From: a virus
Length of the DNA stretch: 64,000 nucleotides
Direction: 5' to 3' (one strand)
IMG/VR virus record: IMGVR_UViG_3300042882_000890
Coordinates: 42,605 to 106,604 of that record
How positions within the stretch are numbered: position 1 is the stretch's first letter; the number at the start of each line of letters is the position of its first letter. Shown one piece after another: positions 15,445-25,017 of the stretch. A model generated the notes under the pieces. The model worked only from the letters and a program-made list of their open reading frames with translations, searched no databases and had not been told where the DNA came from. The position numbers were made by a program, and so were the translations under genes.

Positions 15445-16047
15445 ATGTACATAAATTTTGAATTAGCTAAAACAAAAGGGTTGACCCCCACAGATGTAGT
15501 TAACCTACAACTTATTTCTCAGAACAAGACAGAGAATTTAGAAGGGGTTATTTTTGATAATATCCCCCTTCGTATTCTTCACTCTTACCAAGAGCAAGAA
15601 CTTGTTACGTTAATCAAAGCAAAGAACAAAAGCGAATCTATTCATAATAGAGTTAGGCTAACACCAAAGGGGCATGCTTTACTAGAAGACTTACAAGTAC
15701 CTGAGGTAAATGAGGATGATTTACAACTGTACGGTTGGCTAGAATCAACTTACCAAAGAGAGGGCAAAGAGTTAGGTAACAGAAAGAAGACTAAGCTTTA
15801 TATTGCTTTATTCAGAGGACACTCAGGTATTGATAGAAACAAGTTAGCCCTTCTTTGTAAAGCTTTTATGAATGACAGCAGTCAATTTGAGTGGTCAAAG
15901 AGATTAGAGTTTTTGTTCTTTAAGCCCGGAAATGTGTTCTCAGTTAGGTTTGATTTAGAGCAGTCCAAGTTGTACCAATACTACATAAAGCACAAAGAAG
16001 AATTTGATGATAAATTTAAAAAAATAGACGAAAAAGAAAATGATTAG
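15445..16047 (+). CDS. putative replication protein (winged-helix N-terminus), possibly an initiator or helicase loader
   Basis: VRLTPKG wing motif, and overlaps the helicase start. Confidence 0.45.
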   Translation: MYINFELAKTKGLTPTDVVNLQLISQNKTENLEGVIFDNIPLRILHSYQEQELVTLIKAKNKSESIHNRVRLTPKGHALLEDLQVPEVNEDDLQLYGWLESTYQREGKELGNRKKTKLYIALFRGHSGIDRNKLALLCKAFMNDSSQFEWSKRLEFLFFKPGNVFSVRFDLEQSKLYQYYIKHKEEFDDKFKKIDEKEND

Positions 16048-17197
16048 ACCCTTAGGAGAAGTAGTAGACAGGTCGTTTAGAGACTTAAACAAATACCAAA
16101 AAGGTAAAAGTAAGCCAGTTAAGACTGGGAGAGAGTGGTTAGATGAAATCTTTGGGGGGCTATTGCCAGGAGACATTACCACTATTGCCGGACAATCCGG
16201 GGGTGGTAAGTCCTTTGAGTTACAGCGTATCAAAAACTTTGTAATGCAGGTAGATAACAATGTAGATGCCAAAGATTTTATTTGGTTAGACTATGCTTGG
16301 GAGATGCGTTTTTTGTCTAATATTCTTCGTGACCTTAACAAGAGCTTGAAGAAGACTAAGAAAGAAATCTTAACAGAAGAGTTCTCAGATGAGGAAAAAG
16401 CGTTAGTTAAATCTTATGCAGAAAATTTATCTGACGGTAGATTTTTTATTAACGAGGAAACTATAACTCCCAGAGCCTTTGAAAAAGAGGCTAGGGCTTT
16501 CTTAGAGCAACACAAAGATAAAAAAGGTGTCTTTATATCAGTTGACCACATTGCGTTGGCTATGGACGAAACAGGAGAGAAAAAAGCCACTGTAGATGCA
16601 ATCATTGAGATTATCAACAGATTAAAGAAAGAGTTTCCTAATACATACTGGATTATCTTATCGCAGATGAACCGTAACATACTAGGTAGAATTAAAGATA
16701 AGGACATAAACGCTATGCCAAATAGGTCAGACATCTTTCAGTCAGATGCTATGTTCTTTATTTCCGATTACTTATATGTTTGTCACAATCCATATAGACT
16801 TGGTATCAAGCAGTTCTCTAGGGTTAATGAAGAAGCTTACGAATATTTAAGTAACCATTTCTGTGAGGAAAAGAACGGTAAGGTATCGTTTGACACTTTA
16901 GGTAAGATGTTCTACCTTGTACTTAAATCTAGAGAGTCAGACGTAATGTTTAAAGATATCTTTATTGAGGATGTTGGTGTTAAAGATAAAGAAAAATACC
17001 GGGATAAGCCAGAGTCGGTTACTCAATCAATTGATGTGCCCTTTTTCAAAAACAAAGTTGAGGATGTTATATTTGAGCCCCCTGCTCCTAAACTATCTAA
17101 TCCGCAAGAGGCTTTTGGTGCAGCTTTTGATAGTACCAAAGCTTTTTCTTTTAGTCAACCACCTGTTGATGACGATGACGACAATGCACCGTTTTAA
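16040..17197 (+). CDS. DnaB-like (SF4) replicative helicase
   Basis: Walker A AGQSGGGKS, WEM, Walker B ISVDH, LSQMNR, P.RSD and an acidic DDDDDNAPF tail. Confidence 0.9.
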   Translation: MIRPLGEVVDRSFRDLNKYQKGKSKPVKTGREWLDEIFGGLLPGDITTIAGQSGGGKSFELQRIKNFVMQVDNNVDAKDFIWLDYAWEMRFLSNILRDLNKSLKKTKKEILTEEFSDEEKALVKSYAENLSDGRFFINEETITPRAFEKEARAFLEQHKDKKGVFISVDHIALAMDETGEKKATVDAIIEIINRLKKEFPNTYWIILSQMNRNILGRIKDKDINAMPNRSDIFQSDAMFFISDYLYVCHNPYRLGIKQFSRVNEEAYEYLSNHFCEEKNGKVSFDTLGKMFYLVLKSRESDVMFKDIFIEDVGVKDKEKYRDKPESVTQSIDVPFFKNKVEDVIFEPPAPKLSNPQEAFGAAFDSTKAFSFSQPPVDDDDDNAPF

Positions 17198-17201
17198 TAC
17201 T

Positions 17202-17233
17202 AGCCCCCTCTATTAACTTAGTGGGGGTTTTTT
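17202..17233 (+). terminator. intrinsic terminator
   Basis: AGCCCCC...GGGGGTT followed by a T tract. Confidence 0.75.
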
Positions 17234-17307
17234 GTTCATTATAATTCAGTGTTCACGTAGAATGAACAGAGCAAAAAAATGAACATTAAAAAATATTTAC
17301 AAAAAAG

Positions 17308-17339
17308 CTTGTGTAATTAAAAAACTTATCGTAATTTTG
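17308..17339 (+). promoter_or_regulatory. Bacteroidota primary-sigma promoter
   Basis: CTTG-N20-TAATTTTG. Confidence 0.8.
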
Positions 17340-17363
17340 CAAAGTGAAATTAAAACATTAATT

Positions 17364-17552
17364 ATGAGCAATAAAATTAAATCCGTATTCAATGCTTTCA
17401 AAAAAGATTTTATTAATGACTATCCCGATAACGAGGGTTGTGATAAATTCCTAGTAAGACCAGAGAATGTTTACTCAAAGAAAACATTAACCCTAAACAG
17501 AGATTTAGGTATTCATAAACTAAATAAAAAACAAAATGACAAAGTACGATAA
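17364..17552 (+). CDS. hypothetical protein
   Basis: Start ATG17364 after a promoter. Confidence 0.5.
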   Translation: MSNKIKSVFNAFKKDFINDYPDNEGCDKFLVRPENVYSKKTLTLNRDLGIHKLNKKQNDKVR

Positions 17553-17790
17553 CCTAATGAAGCATTTTTTAGACAAAGGTTTTTCTGTTAAAGAGGATGT
17601 CTATATAGAGACTGTAGGGTATGATAAACCTACAGAAGAGTATGGCTTTACTGTACAAATAAAAAAATCTAAAAAGAAAGTTGTAGAGCTTTTTTATAGC
17701 TTCAAAGACAACAAGGACGTTATTGATTACGTCCAAATGTGGGAAACAAAATTCAAGTTAGTAGAAAAAGAACAAAAACAAATTTTTTAA
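17536..17790 (+). CDS. hypothetical protein
   Basis: ORF track. Confidence 0.55.
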   Translation: MTKYDNLMKHFLDKGFSVKEDVYIETVGYDKPTEEYGFTVQIKKSKKKVVELFYSFKDNKDVIDYVQMWETKFKLVEKEQKQIF

Positions 17791-17791
17791 T

Positions 17792-18478
17792 ATGGTAATA
17801 GGTATTAGTGGGCGATTAGGCTCAGGAAAAGACACAGTAGGAGAAATTATCCAGTATTTAACTTTGCCAGGAGAACGTGGTGAATACATAGGATTTCAAA
17901 CTTATGATAATACTACTCTTGAAAGAAACTCTACTTTTAAGATTAAGAAATTCGCAGGGAAGTTAAAAACTATTGCATCATTGCTTACAGGTATCCCTGT
18001 AGAAAGATTTGAAGACCAAGAGTTTAAGAAGCAGTATATGGAACTTGAATGGGAGATGACTTACAGAGAGTTTCTTCAGAAGCTTGGTACAGAAGCAATG
18101 CGTGAAGGGTTACATAAAAATGTATGGGTGAATGCTTTGTTTGCTGATTATAAATGTGAACATGAAATTATATTTGACTCGCAAAGAACTAACAATCCTT
18201 TACAACCTAAGGAAGTTACTAATGAATTACTTCAGTATCCTAACTGGATTCTGACAGACATGAGATTTCCTAATGAGATGGAAGCTGTTGAATTAAGAGA
18301 AGGTATTACTATTAGAGTAAATAGAAATAATGGTACAAGAGCAATTGATGTAAATCCTCATCCAAGCGAAACAGCTCTTGATGATGCTAAGTTTGATTAT
18401 GTAATTGATAACGATGGAACTTTGGATGAGTTAGTTGAAAAAGTTCGTGTAATATTAACCAAAGAAAAAATAATATAA
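17792..18478 (+). CDS. deoxynucleoside monophosphate kinase
   Basis: GISGRLGSGKDT, KFAGKLK, REFLQKLGTE, TDMRFPNE and HPSE. Confidence 0.9.
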   Translation: MVIGISGRLGSGKDTVGEIIQYLTLPGERGEYIGFQTYDNTTLERNSTFKIKKFAGKLKTIASLLTGIPVERFEDQEFKKQYMELEWEMTYREFLQKLGTEAMREGLHKNVWVNALFADYKCEHEIIFDSQRTNNPLQPKEVTNELLQYPNWILTDMRFPNEMEAVELREGITIRVNRNNGTRAIDVNPHPSETALDDAKFDYVIDNDGTLDELVEKVRVILTKEKII

Positions 18479-18762
18479 TGGAGTATGTAGGAATTAATGA
18501 AGAGTTCGATACTTGGAGAGACTCTTGGCAGGATAGTAAGTTTATAATTGAACTTAACCAGAGACAACGAGAAAAAGATTTCCGTGAAGGTTATAGGAGA
18601 GGTTTTGAGATGGCTATAAAAGTAGCAGAAAAAGTAACAAGACTAGAAGTAATACAACATTCTGCTCCATACAACGGAAGAGCTTACACAAACTATGCCG
18701 CCAAAGAGGTGGAAGTTCAATATCAAGATGGTGGCAGAACACTCAAAGTATTTTGTAAATAA
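18478..18762 (+). CDS. hypothetical protein
   Basis: ORF track, with TAATG overlaps at both ends. Confidence 0.6.
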   Translation: MEYVGINEEFDTWRDSWQDSKFIIELNQRQREKDFREGYRRGFEMAIKVAEKVTRLEVIQHSAPYNGRAYTNYAAKEVEVQYQDGGRTLKVFCK

Positions 18763-20708
18763 TGGATTTAGATGATAAAATATACATAATAGATTTTGAG
18801 TCAGACGGACTCGTTGACCAAGCCACAAAGATATGGACTATGGGAGTCGGGTGGAAAGACAAAAAGGGGGAATGGAAAGTTAAGTCTACTACGAATTATG
18901 ATGATATGCGAAAAGTTCTTGGTAATCCGGAGAACACTGTAGTATGTCATAATATAATAAGGTTTGATGTACCTCTGTATGAGAAGATTATAGGAGAAAA
19001 AGTACAGGCAAACATTGTGGACTCCTTAGGGTTGTCTTGGTACTTGTACCCGGAAAGGGGACAAGGAGAGCATGGATTAGCTGTTTGGGGCGAGTTTTTT
19101 GGTGTGCCAAAACCTAAGATTGATGATTGGGAAAACCTTACTATAGAAGAGTACTGTCATCGTGTGGAAGAGGATATAAAAATCAACATTAAACTTTGGG
19201 TAAAACAATACGAATATCTCAAGGAAATCTACGAAGAGCCTAAAGACATAGCCAGAATTATCCACTACCTGAACTTTAAACTAACTTGTTTGAAAATACA
19301 AGAGGACGAAAAGATTTTGATTGATATAAAGCAATGCCAAAAAAACTTAGATTTCTTACAAGGTATCGAAGGAGAGAAAAAAGGTTTATTAGAGGCTGCT
19401 ATGCCAAAACTACCAATAATAAAAAATATGACTAAGCCAAAAGTGATGTTCAAGAAAAACGGTTCTCTGAGTATTGCCGGTACTAAGTGGTTTGAGATAT
19501 TAGAAGCAAATAATATACCGAGAGATTACGAAGGAGAATTAAACATTACAACGGGTTTTGAGGAGCCAAATGCAGGTAGTCCAACTCAAGTTAAAGATTG
19601 GTTAATGAAACTTGGATGGAAACCTTTACTGTTTGAAGACGGTAGAAACGGTAAAGTCCCCCAAGTACGTGATAAAGATAAGATGCTTTGTAAAAGTGTT
19701 TTGGCTCTGAAAGAAGTTGAGCCGGCAATCGAACACTTAGAAGGGTTGTCTGTAGTGACACACAGAGCTGGGTATTTGAAAGGTTTCTTAGAAAAAGTAG
19801 ATGAGAATGGTTACGCTGTAGCATTTGCCCACGGGTTCACAAAAACTCTAAGGTTGAAACATGCCAAGCCATTTGTTAACTTACCTAAACCTACATCACC
19901 TTATGGGGATTTAGTTCGTGGTGTTATGATTGCACCGGAAGGGAGTGTGCTAGTTGGTTCCGATGTTAGTAGTTTGGAAGATAAAATGAAACAGATTTCT
20001 ATCTACCCCTATGACCCGGAGTATGTTGAAGATATGAATAGACCGGGATGGGATGCTCACCTTGATATTGGTATCCGAAGTGGTATGATTTCTCAAGATG
20101 AATCAGACTTTTTTAGATGGTATAAAAAGAAAGATAAAAAGATAGAGGATTTACCGGAGTCTTTCAAAGATTTTTCTGATGAGCGATTGTCTGAAGAGTT
20201 TGAAAAAGTAACTAAAAAAAGAGCTGTTGCTAAGACTGTTAACTATGCTTGTACATACGGTGCCGGTGTTGCTAAGATTGCAGAGTCTTCTAGTTTACCT
20301 CAGAAAGATGCCAAAAAGTTACATGTTGGTTACTGGGATAGAAATTGGTCTGTTAAAAAATATGCTGAAGACCAAAGAGTAAAAAATGTTAATGGTAAGT
20401 CTTGGATTTGGAATCCTATTACTAATTTTTATTACTTCTTGGCTTCAGAAAAAGACCGCTTTTCTGCTTGTAATCAGTCTGCCGGTGTTCGAGTGTTTGA
20501 TGGGTATGTGTATGAGATGATTAAACGTGGTGTAAAACCTATTTTTCAAGCCCATGACGAGGTTTTATTAAGAGTTAAGAATGAAGATGTGGATTCTACT
20601 ACAAGTGCCCTTAAAGAGGCTATAAATAGAGTGAATGCACAATACAAGTTTCCAGTAGAGATTGAGATAGATATTCAAACAGGTATGAATTATGCAGAAG
20701 TACATTAA
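18762..20708 (+). CDS. polA: family A DNA polymerase (T7-like, with 3'-5' exonuclease)
   Basis: DFESDG, HNIIRFD, YC...D, motif A GSDVSSLE, motif B RAVAKTVNYACTYG (Tyr at the 762-equivalent position) and motif C HDE. Confidence 0.95.
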   Translation: MDLDDKIYIIDFESDGLVDQATKIWTMGVGWKDKKGEWKVKSTTNYDDMRKVLGNPENTVVCHNIIRFDVPLYEKIIGEKVQANIVDSLGLSWYLYPERGQGEHGLAVWGEFFGVPKPKIDDWENLTIEEYCHRVEEDIKINIKLWVKQYEYLKEIYEEPKDIARIIHYLNFKLTCLKIQEDEKILIDIKQCQKNLDFLQGIEGEKKGLLEAAMPKLPIIKNMTKPKVMFKKNGSLSIAGTKWFEILEANNIPRDYEGELNITTGFEEPNAGSPTQVKDWLMKLGWKPLLFEDGRNGKVPQVRDKDKMLCKSVLALKEVEPAIEHLEGLSVVTHRAGYLKGFLEKVDENGYAVAFAHGFTKTLRLKHAKPFVNLPKPTSPYGDLVRGVMIAPEGSVLVGSDVSSLEDKMKQISIYPYDPEYVEDMNRPGWDAHLDIGIRSGMISQDESDFFRWYKKKDKKIEDLPESFKDFSDERLSEEFEKVTKKRAVAKTVNYACTYGAGVAKIAESSSLPQKDAKKLHVGYWDRNWSVKKYAEDQRVKNVNGKSWIWNPITNFYYFLASEKDRFSACNQSAGVRVFDGYVYEMIKRGVKPIFQAHDEVLLRVKNEDVDSTTSALKEAINRVNAQYKFPVEIEIDIQTGMNYAEVH

Positions 20709-21213
20709 TAAATTAGCGGTTTTGTTTTTTGTAGCTCTATTTTTAGTAGGGTTTTCCAAAGTTTCCAAATCAGGATTAAAAAAGGGAGATACCATTGATT
20801 GCATAGAGGTTTACAAAGATAACAGAGAGATGAGAGTTTACTCAAAGGGTAAGCTTTTGAAGACTTATGATATAGCTTTAGGTTTTAGACCTAGAGGTAA
20901 GAAGCACTTCCAGGGGGACGGAAAGACCCCCGAAGGTGTGTATTACATAAACGATAAGAACCCGAATAGCATAGCTCATAAAAACTTAGGTGTATCTTAC
21001 CCAAATTCTGAGGATATAAGGTATGCTAGAGAAAGTGGAATGTCGCCTGGTGGAGAGATAAAAATCCATGGTCTTATGAAAAAATGGAAGTTCTATGGTA
21101 GCTTTCATAAGTATGTAGATTGGACTGGCGGTTGTATAGCTGTAACAAATTCCGAGATGGATGAGTTATATAAGCATGTTAAAATAGGTGCTAAAATAAA
21201 AATTTTTGAATAA
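20692..21213 (+). CDS. L,D-transpeptidase family protein (YkuD fold, YafK/DpaA-like)
   Basis: N-terminal signal/TM, GDGKTPEGVY, SYPN, GGEIKIHG and WTGGCIAV (catalytic His/Cys). Confidence 0.9.
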   Translation: MQKYINKLAVLFFVALFLVGFSKVSKSGLKKGDTIDCIEVYKDNREMRVYSKGKLLKTYDIALGFRPRGKKHFQGDGKTPEGVYYINDKNPNSIAHKNLGVSYPNSEDIRYARESGMSPGGEIKIHGLMKKWKFYGSFHKYVDWTGGCIAVTNSEMDELYKHVKIGAKIKIFE

Positions 21214-21216
21214 AAG

Positions 21217-21248
21217 CTTGCAGGATTAAAAAACAGTTCGTATCTTTG
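21217..21248 (+). promoter_or_regulatory. Bacteroidota primary-sigma promoter
   Basis: CTTG-N20-TATCTTTG, nearly identical to the 5656 promoter. Confidence 0.8.
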
Positions 21249-21267
21249 CAAAATAAAATTAGAAAAT

Positions 21268-21414
21268 ATGGTATTAATATCTTTATTAGCTCTAGCGATG
21301 GTTGTTGAGGGCATCTGGTCTCCGAGATTTGATTATATCTCTAAAGAGAATATGTTATTGTTACACTACAATAAAAAGTGGTCAAGAAATTATTTAGTAA
21401 TCTTTAAATTTTAA
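21268..21414 (+). CDS. hypothetical protein (48 aa)
   Basis: ATG21268-TAA21414 after a promoter. Confidence 0.5.
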   Translation: MVLISLLALAMVVEGIWSPRFDYISKENMLLLHYNKKWSRNYLVIFKF

Positions 21415-21417
21415 AAA

Positions 21418-21651
21418 ATGGAAATGGAAATAGAATACTTAGGTGTGCCCCTTTCAATAGAGGGTAATTATTATCCTTCTGAAGCTCAAGTTACGTATTA
21501 TTCAGACATGTCAGGCTACCCCGGAAGTCCGGCAGAATTTGAAATTATAAAAATAACTGTGACAGACAGTGATGTGGATATTTGGGAACTTTTTTCACAA
21601 AGACAAATTGATGAAATTACTGAGCTAGTAATCCAAAAAACAGAGGAGTAG
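21418..21651 (+). CDS. acidic hypothetical protein
   Basis: ORF track, with YPGSPAEFEI motif. Confidence 0.6.
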   Translation: MEMEIEYLGVPLSIEGNYYPSEAQVTYYSDMSGYPGSPAEFEIIKITVTDSDVDIWELFSQRQIDEITELVIQKTEE

Positions 21652-21923
21652 TGCAAGCAACAAAAAAAGAAGAGGGTATAATTTTGGATATCTATCGAGA
21701 GCTTTACAAAGAGTCTACTCCAATCGGAGATTTTGACAAGTTGATAAGCTCAGAGAAAAAGGATGTCTTTTTTATGGATTATGAAATACCTGAAGAGACT
21801 TTTTTTAAAATACTAGAAAGTCACCTAAAAGGAAAAAGAATAACTAAGTTAAAAAAACAAGCGATTCGTAATACTATACTATTAGGTTGCAGCCCTAAAT
21901 TTACAAACCCTATAAAAGATTAA
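21651..21923 (+). CDS. hypothetical protein
   Basis: ORF track, GTG start overlapping the upstream stop. Confidence 0.6.
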   Translation: MQATKKEEGIILDIYRELYKESTPIGDFDKLISSEKKDVFFMDYEIPEETFFKILESHLKGKRITKLKKQAIRNTILLGCSPKFTNPIKD

Positions 21924-21940
21924 ATTAAATGTGTATTAAC

Positions 21941-22102
21941 ATGATAAATATAGAATTTGTAATAGGTTGCTTTTTAGTACTCCTGATAATAGTTGGGTTA
22001 ATAGTGTTTGGTGTCTGGTTTGTGAAAAAGATAAGTTCAAGACCAGAAGAAGATTTTAAAGATTGGGATATAACTTTAATGGACGGTTTAAAAGATAAAT
22101 AA
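21941..22102 (+). CDS. small membrane protein (53 aa)
   Basis: TM helix followed by DWDITLMDGL. Confidence 0.6.
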   Translation: MINIEFVIGCFLVLLIIVGLIVFGVWFVKKISSRPEEDFKDWDITLMDGLKDK

Positions 22103-22110
22103 ATAAAAAT

Positions 22111-22371
22111 ATGCACTACAGATTAATTAGAGAAGAAGATGGACTTATGAAAGAGTCCAAAGACATCAAATGGATTGAGTTTGATGAGCAAGGTAAATTT
22201 AAGAAAGCTTACAAAACCCCTAAGAAGGGTAGAAGCTTATTGATGAGTCCTTTTAATATGTTTTTTACTTGGCAAACAACAGAGGTTGTAAAAGTAGTAG
22301 AAAAAACAGAAACTATGGTTCATTTCAAAACCAAAAATTCAGAATATAAACTTTATAAGGTAGAAAACTAA
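22111..22371 (+). CDS. hypothetical protein
   Basis: ORF track, with FTWQTT..FKTKNSEY. Confidence 0.65.
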   Translation: MHYRLIREEDGLMKESKDIKWIEFDEQGKFKKAYKTPKKGRSLLMSPFNMFFTWQTTEVVKVVEKTETMVHFKTKNSEYKLYKVEN

Positions 22372-22541
22372 TGGGAAATTTAATTGTATTACAGCATATT
22401 TTTAATGCGTTTTGTATAGTATTTTGTTTATGGATGTGCTTTAGGTGGACAACAAAAACATTCCCGGACTCAATGATAAAAGTATTTTTATTTTTAGTGT
22501 CCCTTATAGGAGTATTAGTAGAACTAAAAAATATAAGCTAA
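22371..22541 (+). CDS. small two-TM protein (56 aa)
   Basis: TAATG overlaps at both ends and two hydrophobic segments. Confidence 0.55.
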   Translation: MGNLIVLQHIFNAFCIVFCLWMCFRWTTKTFPDSMIKVFLFLVSLIGVLVELKNIS

Positions 22542-23107
22542 TGGAAGGCATTTTAAGATTTCAACAAGCAACAGATAGCTGGGTTATAGAGCACGAAGAG
22601 CACTTCAGAACTGTAAAAGACGAAAATGGTAATGCTTATGGTGCCGATACTATTGTAAAAACAATTCAAGTAGAGCCACATTCATGCCCAGGAAATTACC
22701 CTACAGATATAATAACTCACGATGGTATGAAAGTAGTTTTTGAAGTAGTTACTTTAGTTTTTGAAAAAGATGAGTTCAATATCCAAGAGGGGGATTTTGC
22801 TAAGATTAATTGGGAAACTCCTAAAAACGATGTTTCAGTAGAAGAAGACGATGATTCTTATTCTCCTTATTGCCCGGTGTGTACCGGTTGTGGAGAAGCA
22901 GGTTGTTGTAGTCCTTTACATTGTGAGCCGGATAACCCGGAGTGCCAATACCCTAAAACTTATATCGAAGACCTTAAACTAGGATACCGTACTTTTGAGA
23001 AATGGTATAATTTACTAGATGAAAACGAATGGTTCGGTAAAAAGGATGAGTTTATGAAGATTTACCACGAAATGTTAGAAATTAGATTTAGACAAGATGA
23101 AGAATAA
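22541..23107 (+). CDS. Cys-rich hypothetical protein
   Basis: Start moved to ATG22541. YCPVCTGCGEAGCCSPLHC...CQYP. Confidence 0.6.
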   Translation: MEGILRFQQATDSWVIEHEEHFRTVKDENGNAYGADTIVKTIQVEPHSCPGNYPTDIITHDGMKVVFEVVTLVFEKDEFNIQEGDFAKINWETPKNDVSVEEDDDSYSPYCPVCTGCGEAGCCSPLHCEPDNPECQYPKTYIEDLKLGYRTFEKWYNLLDENEWFGKKDEFMKIYHEMLEIRFRQDEE

Positions 23108-23564
23108 GTTTATAAAATTATTTGAGTACTTTTTTGGAAAAAGGAAAGTAGTACATACACCCTCGGACATACTACATAGCCAAGTTACTTGCTTAGAGTG
23201 TGGTGAGGTATTGGTTAGTAAAAGTAGACACGATTACAAAACTTGCTCTTGTCCTAATGAAACTATGATTGACGGGGGTAACGAATACGTTAGATTTGGG
23301 GGTAAGGACTTGTCAAAAATCGATGTTTTTACAGTTTTTGATACTGACGATTTTAAGTTTGTTCGTAGGTATGCTTCTCGTGGAGGTCGTGGTGTTAACG
23401 GGGATGAGCCACTAACTTGGACTAAATTGTGTGATATGAATGACAGTTGGTTAGAAGCTGTCTTGAGATACTACCCTGAGGGCACCGATAACTCACACTT
23501 GAGACTTATTCGTAAAGAAATTGAATACCGTAAACAACACAGAATACATGGAAAAAACGTATAG
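23097..23564 (+). CDS. Zn-binding phage protein
   Basis: CLECG..L.S..RHD...CSC....IDGG. Confidence 0.65.
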   Translation: MKNKFIKLFEYFFGKRKVVHTPSDILHSQVTCLECGEVLVSKSRHDYKTCSCPNETMIDGGNEYVRFGGKDLSKIDVFTVFDTDDFKFVRRYASRGGRGVNGDEPLTWTKLCDMNDSWLEAVLRYYPEGTDNSHLRLIRKEIEYRKQHRIHGKNV

Positions 23565-24000
23565 AAAAGTAGGTAAGAGGTATGTTGAGATTGAACAATC
23601 TTTACCTTTGAATCAAGAAATTGTATTGAGTTGTGCCTTTAGATATGCTTTAGGTAGAGCTACATACGTAGTTGGCTCTATTTGTGAAGAGCTTATCAGG
23701 TTACTTGATGTTCTACCAGAGAATTTTAAATACCGGACAGCTAAAGAAATACAAGAGTACCAAGACGAACATGGTAAAGCTGGTTGGGATTGTGATAACG
23801 ATGAATGGAACTACATAAAGTGGTTATTTACTCCAGAAAGAAGAGTTATACTAGAAGCAAATTATTATCAAACTGATAAGTGGAAAGAAGTAGAAGCAGT
23901 GCGAAGCGATGAGTTAGACGAAAATGGTGAAGTAAAGTATTTATCATTAACAGACAAAGACAGTTATTATTTTAAAGTAAGAAACGTAAGAAACAAGTAA
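23548..24000 (+). CDS. hypothetical protein
   Basis: Start ATG23548, with AFRYALGRATY motif. Confidence 0.6.
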   Translation: MEKTYRKVGKRYVEIEQSLPLNQEIVLSCAFRYALGRATYVVGSICEELIRLLDVLPENFKYRTAKEIQEYQDEHGKAGWDCDNDEWNYIKWLFTPERRVILEANYYQTDKWKEVEAVRSDELDENGEVKYLSLTDKDSYYFKVRNVRNK

Positions 24001-24896
24001 TGAATGAAATATCCTTTTTTTACTACCCGGCAGACATCCGGATACCTACTCCAATTGGAAGAGTTACTTTTCAACAATTCTTGAAAGCTAACAAAAGTCC
24101 TAAGGGAGAGATTGTATCTCTTTTTGAACAAATAGAAGAAGCTACAAAAAAAGGGGATTTAGAGTTAAAAAGTAAACTTAAAGAAAAGCTGTATTACTTT
24201 ACACCTTGTGTAGAAACAGATGGGATTGGTCGTTGTTACTCTAACATAAGGAGTTTTAATGGTTTAGCAGTCCTTGACTTTGATAAGTTGCCAGATGCAC
24301 CGGCTTTTAAGCAATTCTTGTTCGATAACTTGAAGTGTGTTGTGGCGGCTTATCTTTCACCCTCAAAAAAAGGTTGTAAGTTCATAGTTAGAATACCTAA
24401 ATGCCAAACCATAGATGAGTTCAAAAGCTATTTTTATGGTTTGGGTTTTTATATGGAGAAATATGAAGGTTTTGACCCCTCTACACAGAATTGTATCCTA
24501 CCATTGTACTTATCTATTGACCCGGACTTATTATACCGAGAAGATGCAGAAGTGTGGGATATTAAAGGAGAGAAGCTAGATGAGTTCAAAGTGTTTGATG
24601 GGGTAATCGAGGTTCTAGATAACATTACAGAGGATGATAAAGACAGAGTCAAAAGTATTATTAAAAGGTCAATGGAAAAGATAGTAGATTCTGGTCATTA
24701 TATTGTCAGGTCAACTTCTTTATCTGGTGGTGGGTATGTTGCTAGTGGGTATTGCACCCAAGAAGAAATGGAAGATTTGATTTACGAGCTTATAGAAAAT
24801 AATGATTACTGTAAAAAGAATATTAGGGGCTATAAACAAACAGCCAAGGAAATGATTATTAGGGGTATGAAAAGCCCTTTATATTTAAGAGATTAA
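24000..24896 (+). CDS. BT4734/VirE-N-like archaeo-eukaryotic primase family protein
   Basis: LK.KLYYFTP, GLAVLDFD, YLSPSKKGCKFIV, D.S....LS.DP and a C-terminal helical domain. Confidence 0.7.
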   Translation: MNEISFFYYPADIRIPTPIGRVTFQQFLKANKSPKGEIVSLFEQIEEATKKGDLELKSKLKEKLYYFTPCVETDGIGRCYSNIRSFNGLAVLDFDKLPDAPAFKQFLFDNLKCVVAAYLSPSKKGCKFIVRIPKCQTIDEFKSYFYGLGFYMEKYEGFDPSTQNCILPLYLSIDPDLLYREDAEVWDIKGEKLDEFKVFDGVIEVLDNITEDDKDRVKSIIKRSMEKIVDSGHYIVRSTSLSGGGYVASGYCTQEEMEDLIYELIENNDYCKKNIRGYKQTAKEMIIRGMKSPLYLRD

Positions 24897-24959
24897 ATTA
24901 TGACCAAAAAAGACTTTTATAGGAAAGATTTTTTAACATACAAACAAAAATTTAATAAA

Positions 24960-24991
24960 TTTGGAGAAACCAAAAAAGATTCGTAATTTTG
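24960..24991 (+). promoter_or_regulatory. Bacteroidota primary-sigma promoter
   Basis: TTTG-N20-TAATTTTG. Confidence 0.7.
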
Positions 24992-25017
24992 TAAGAGTAT
25001 TAACCAATTAAAAAAAT

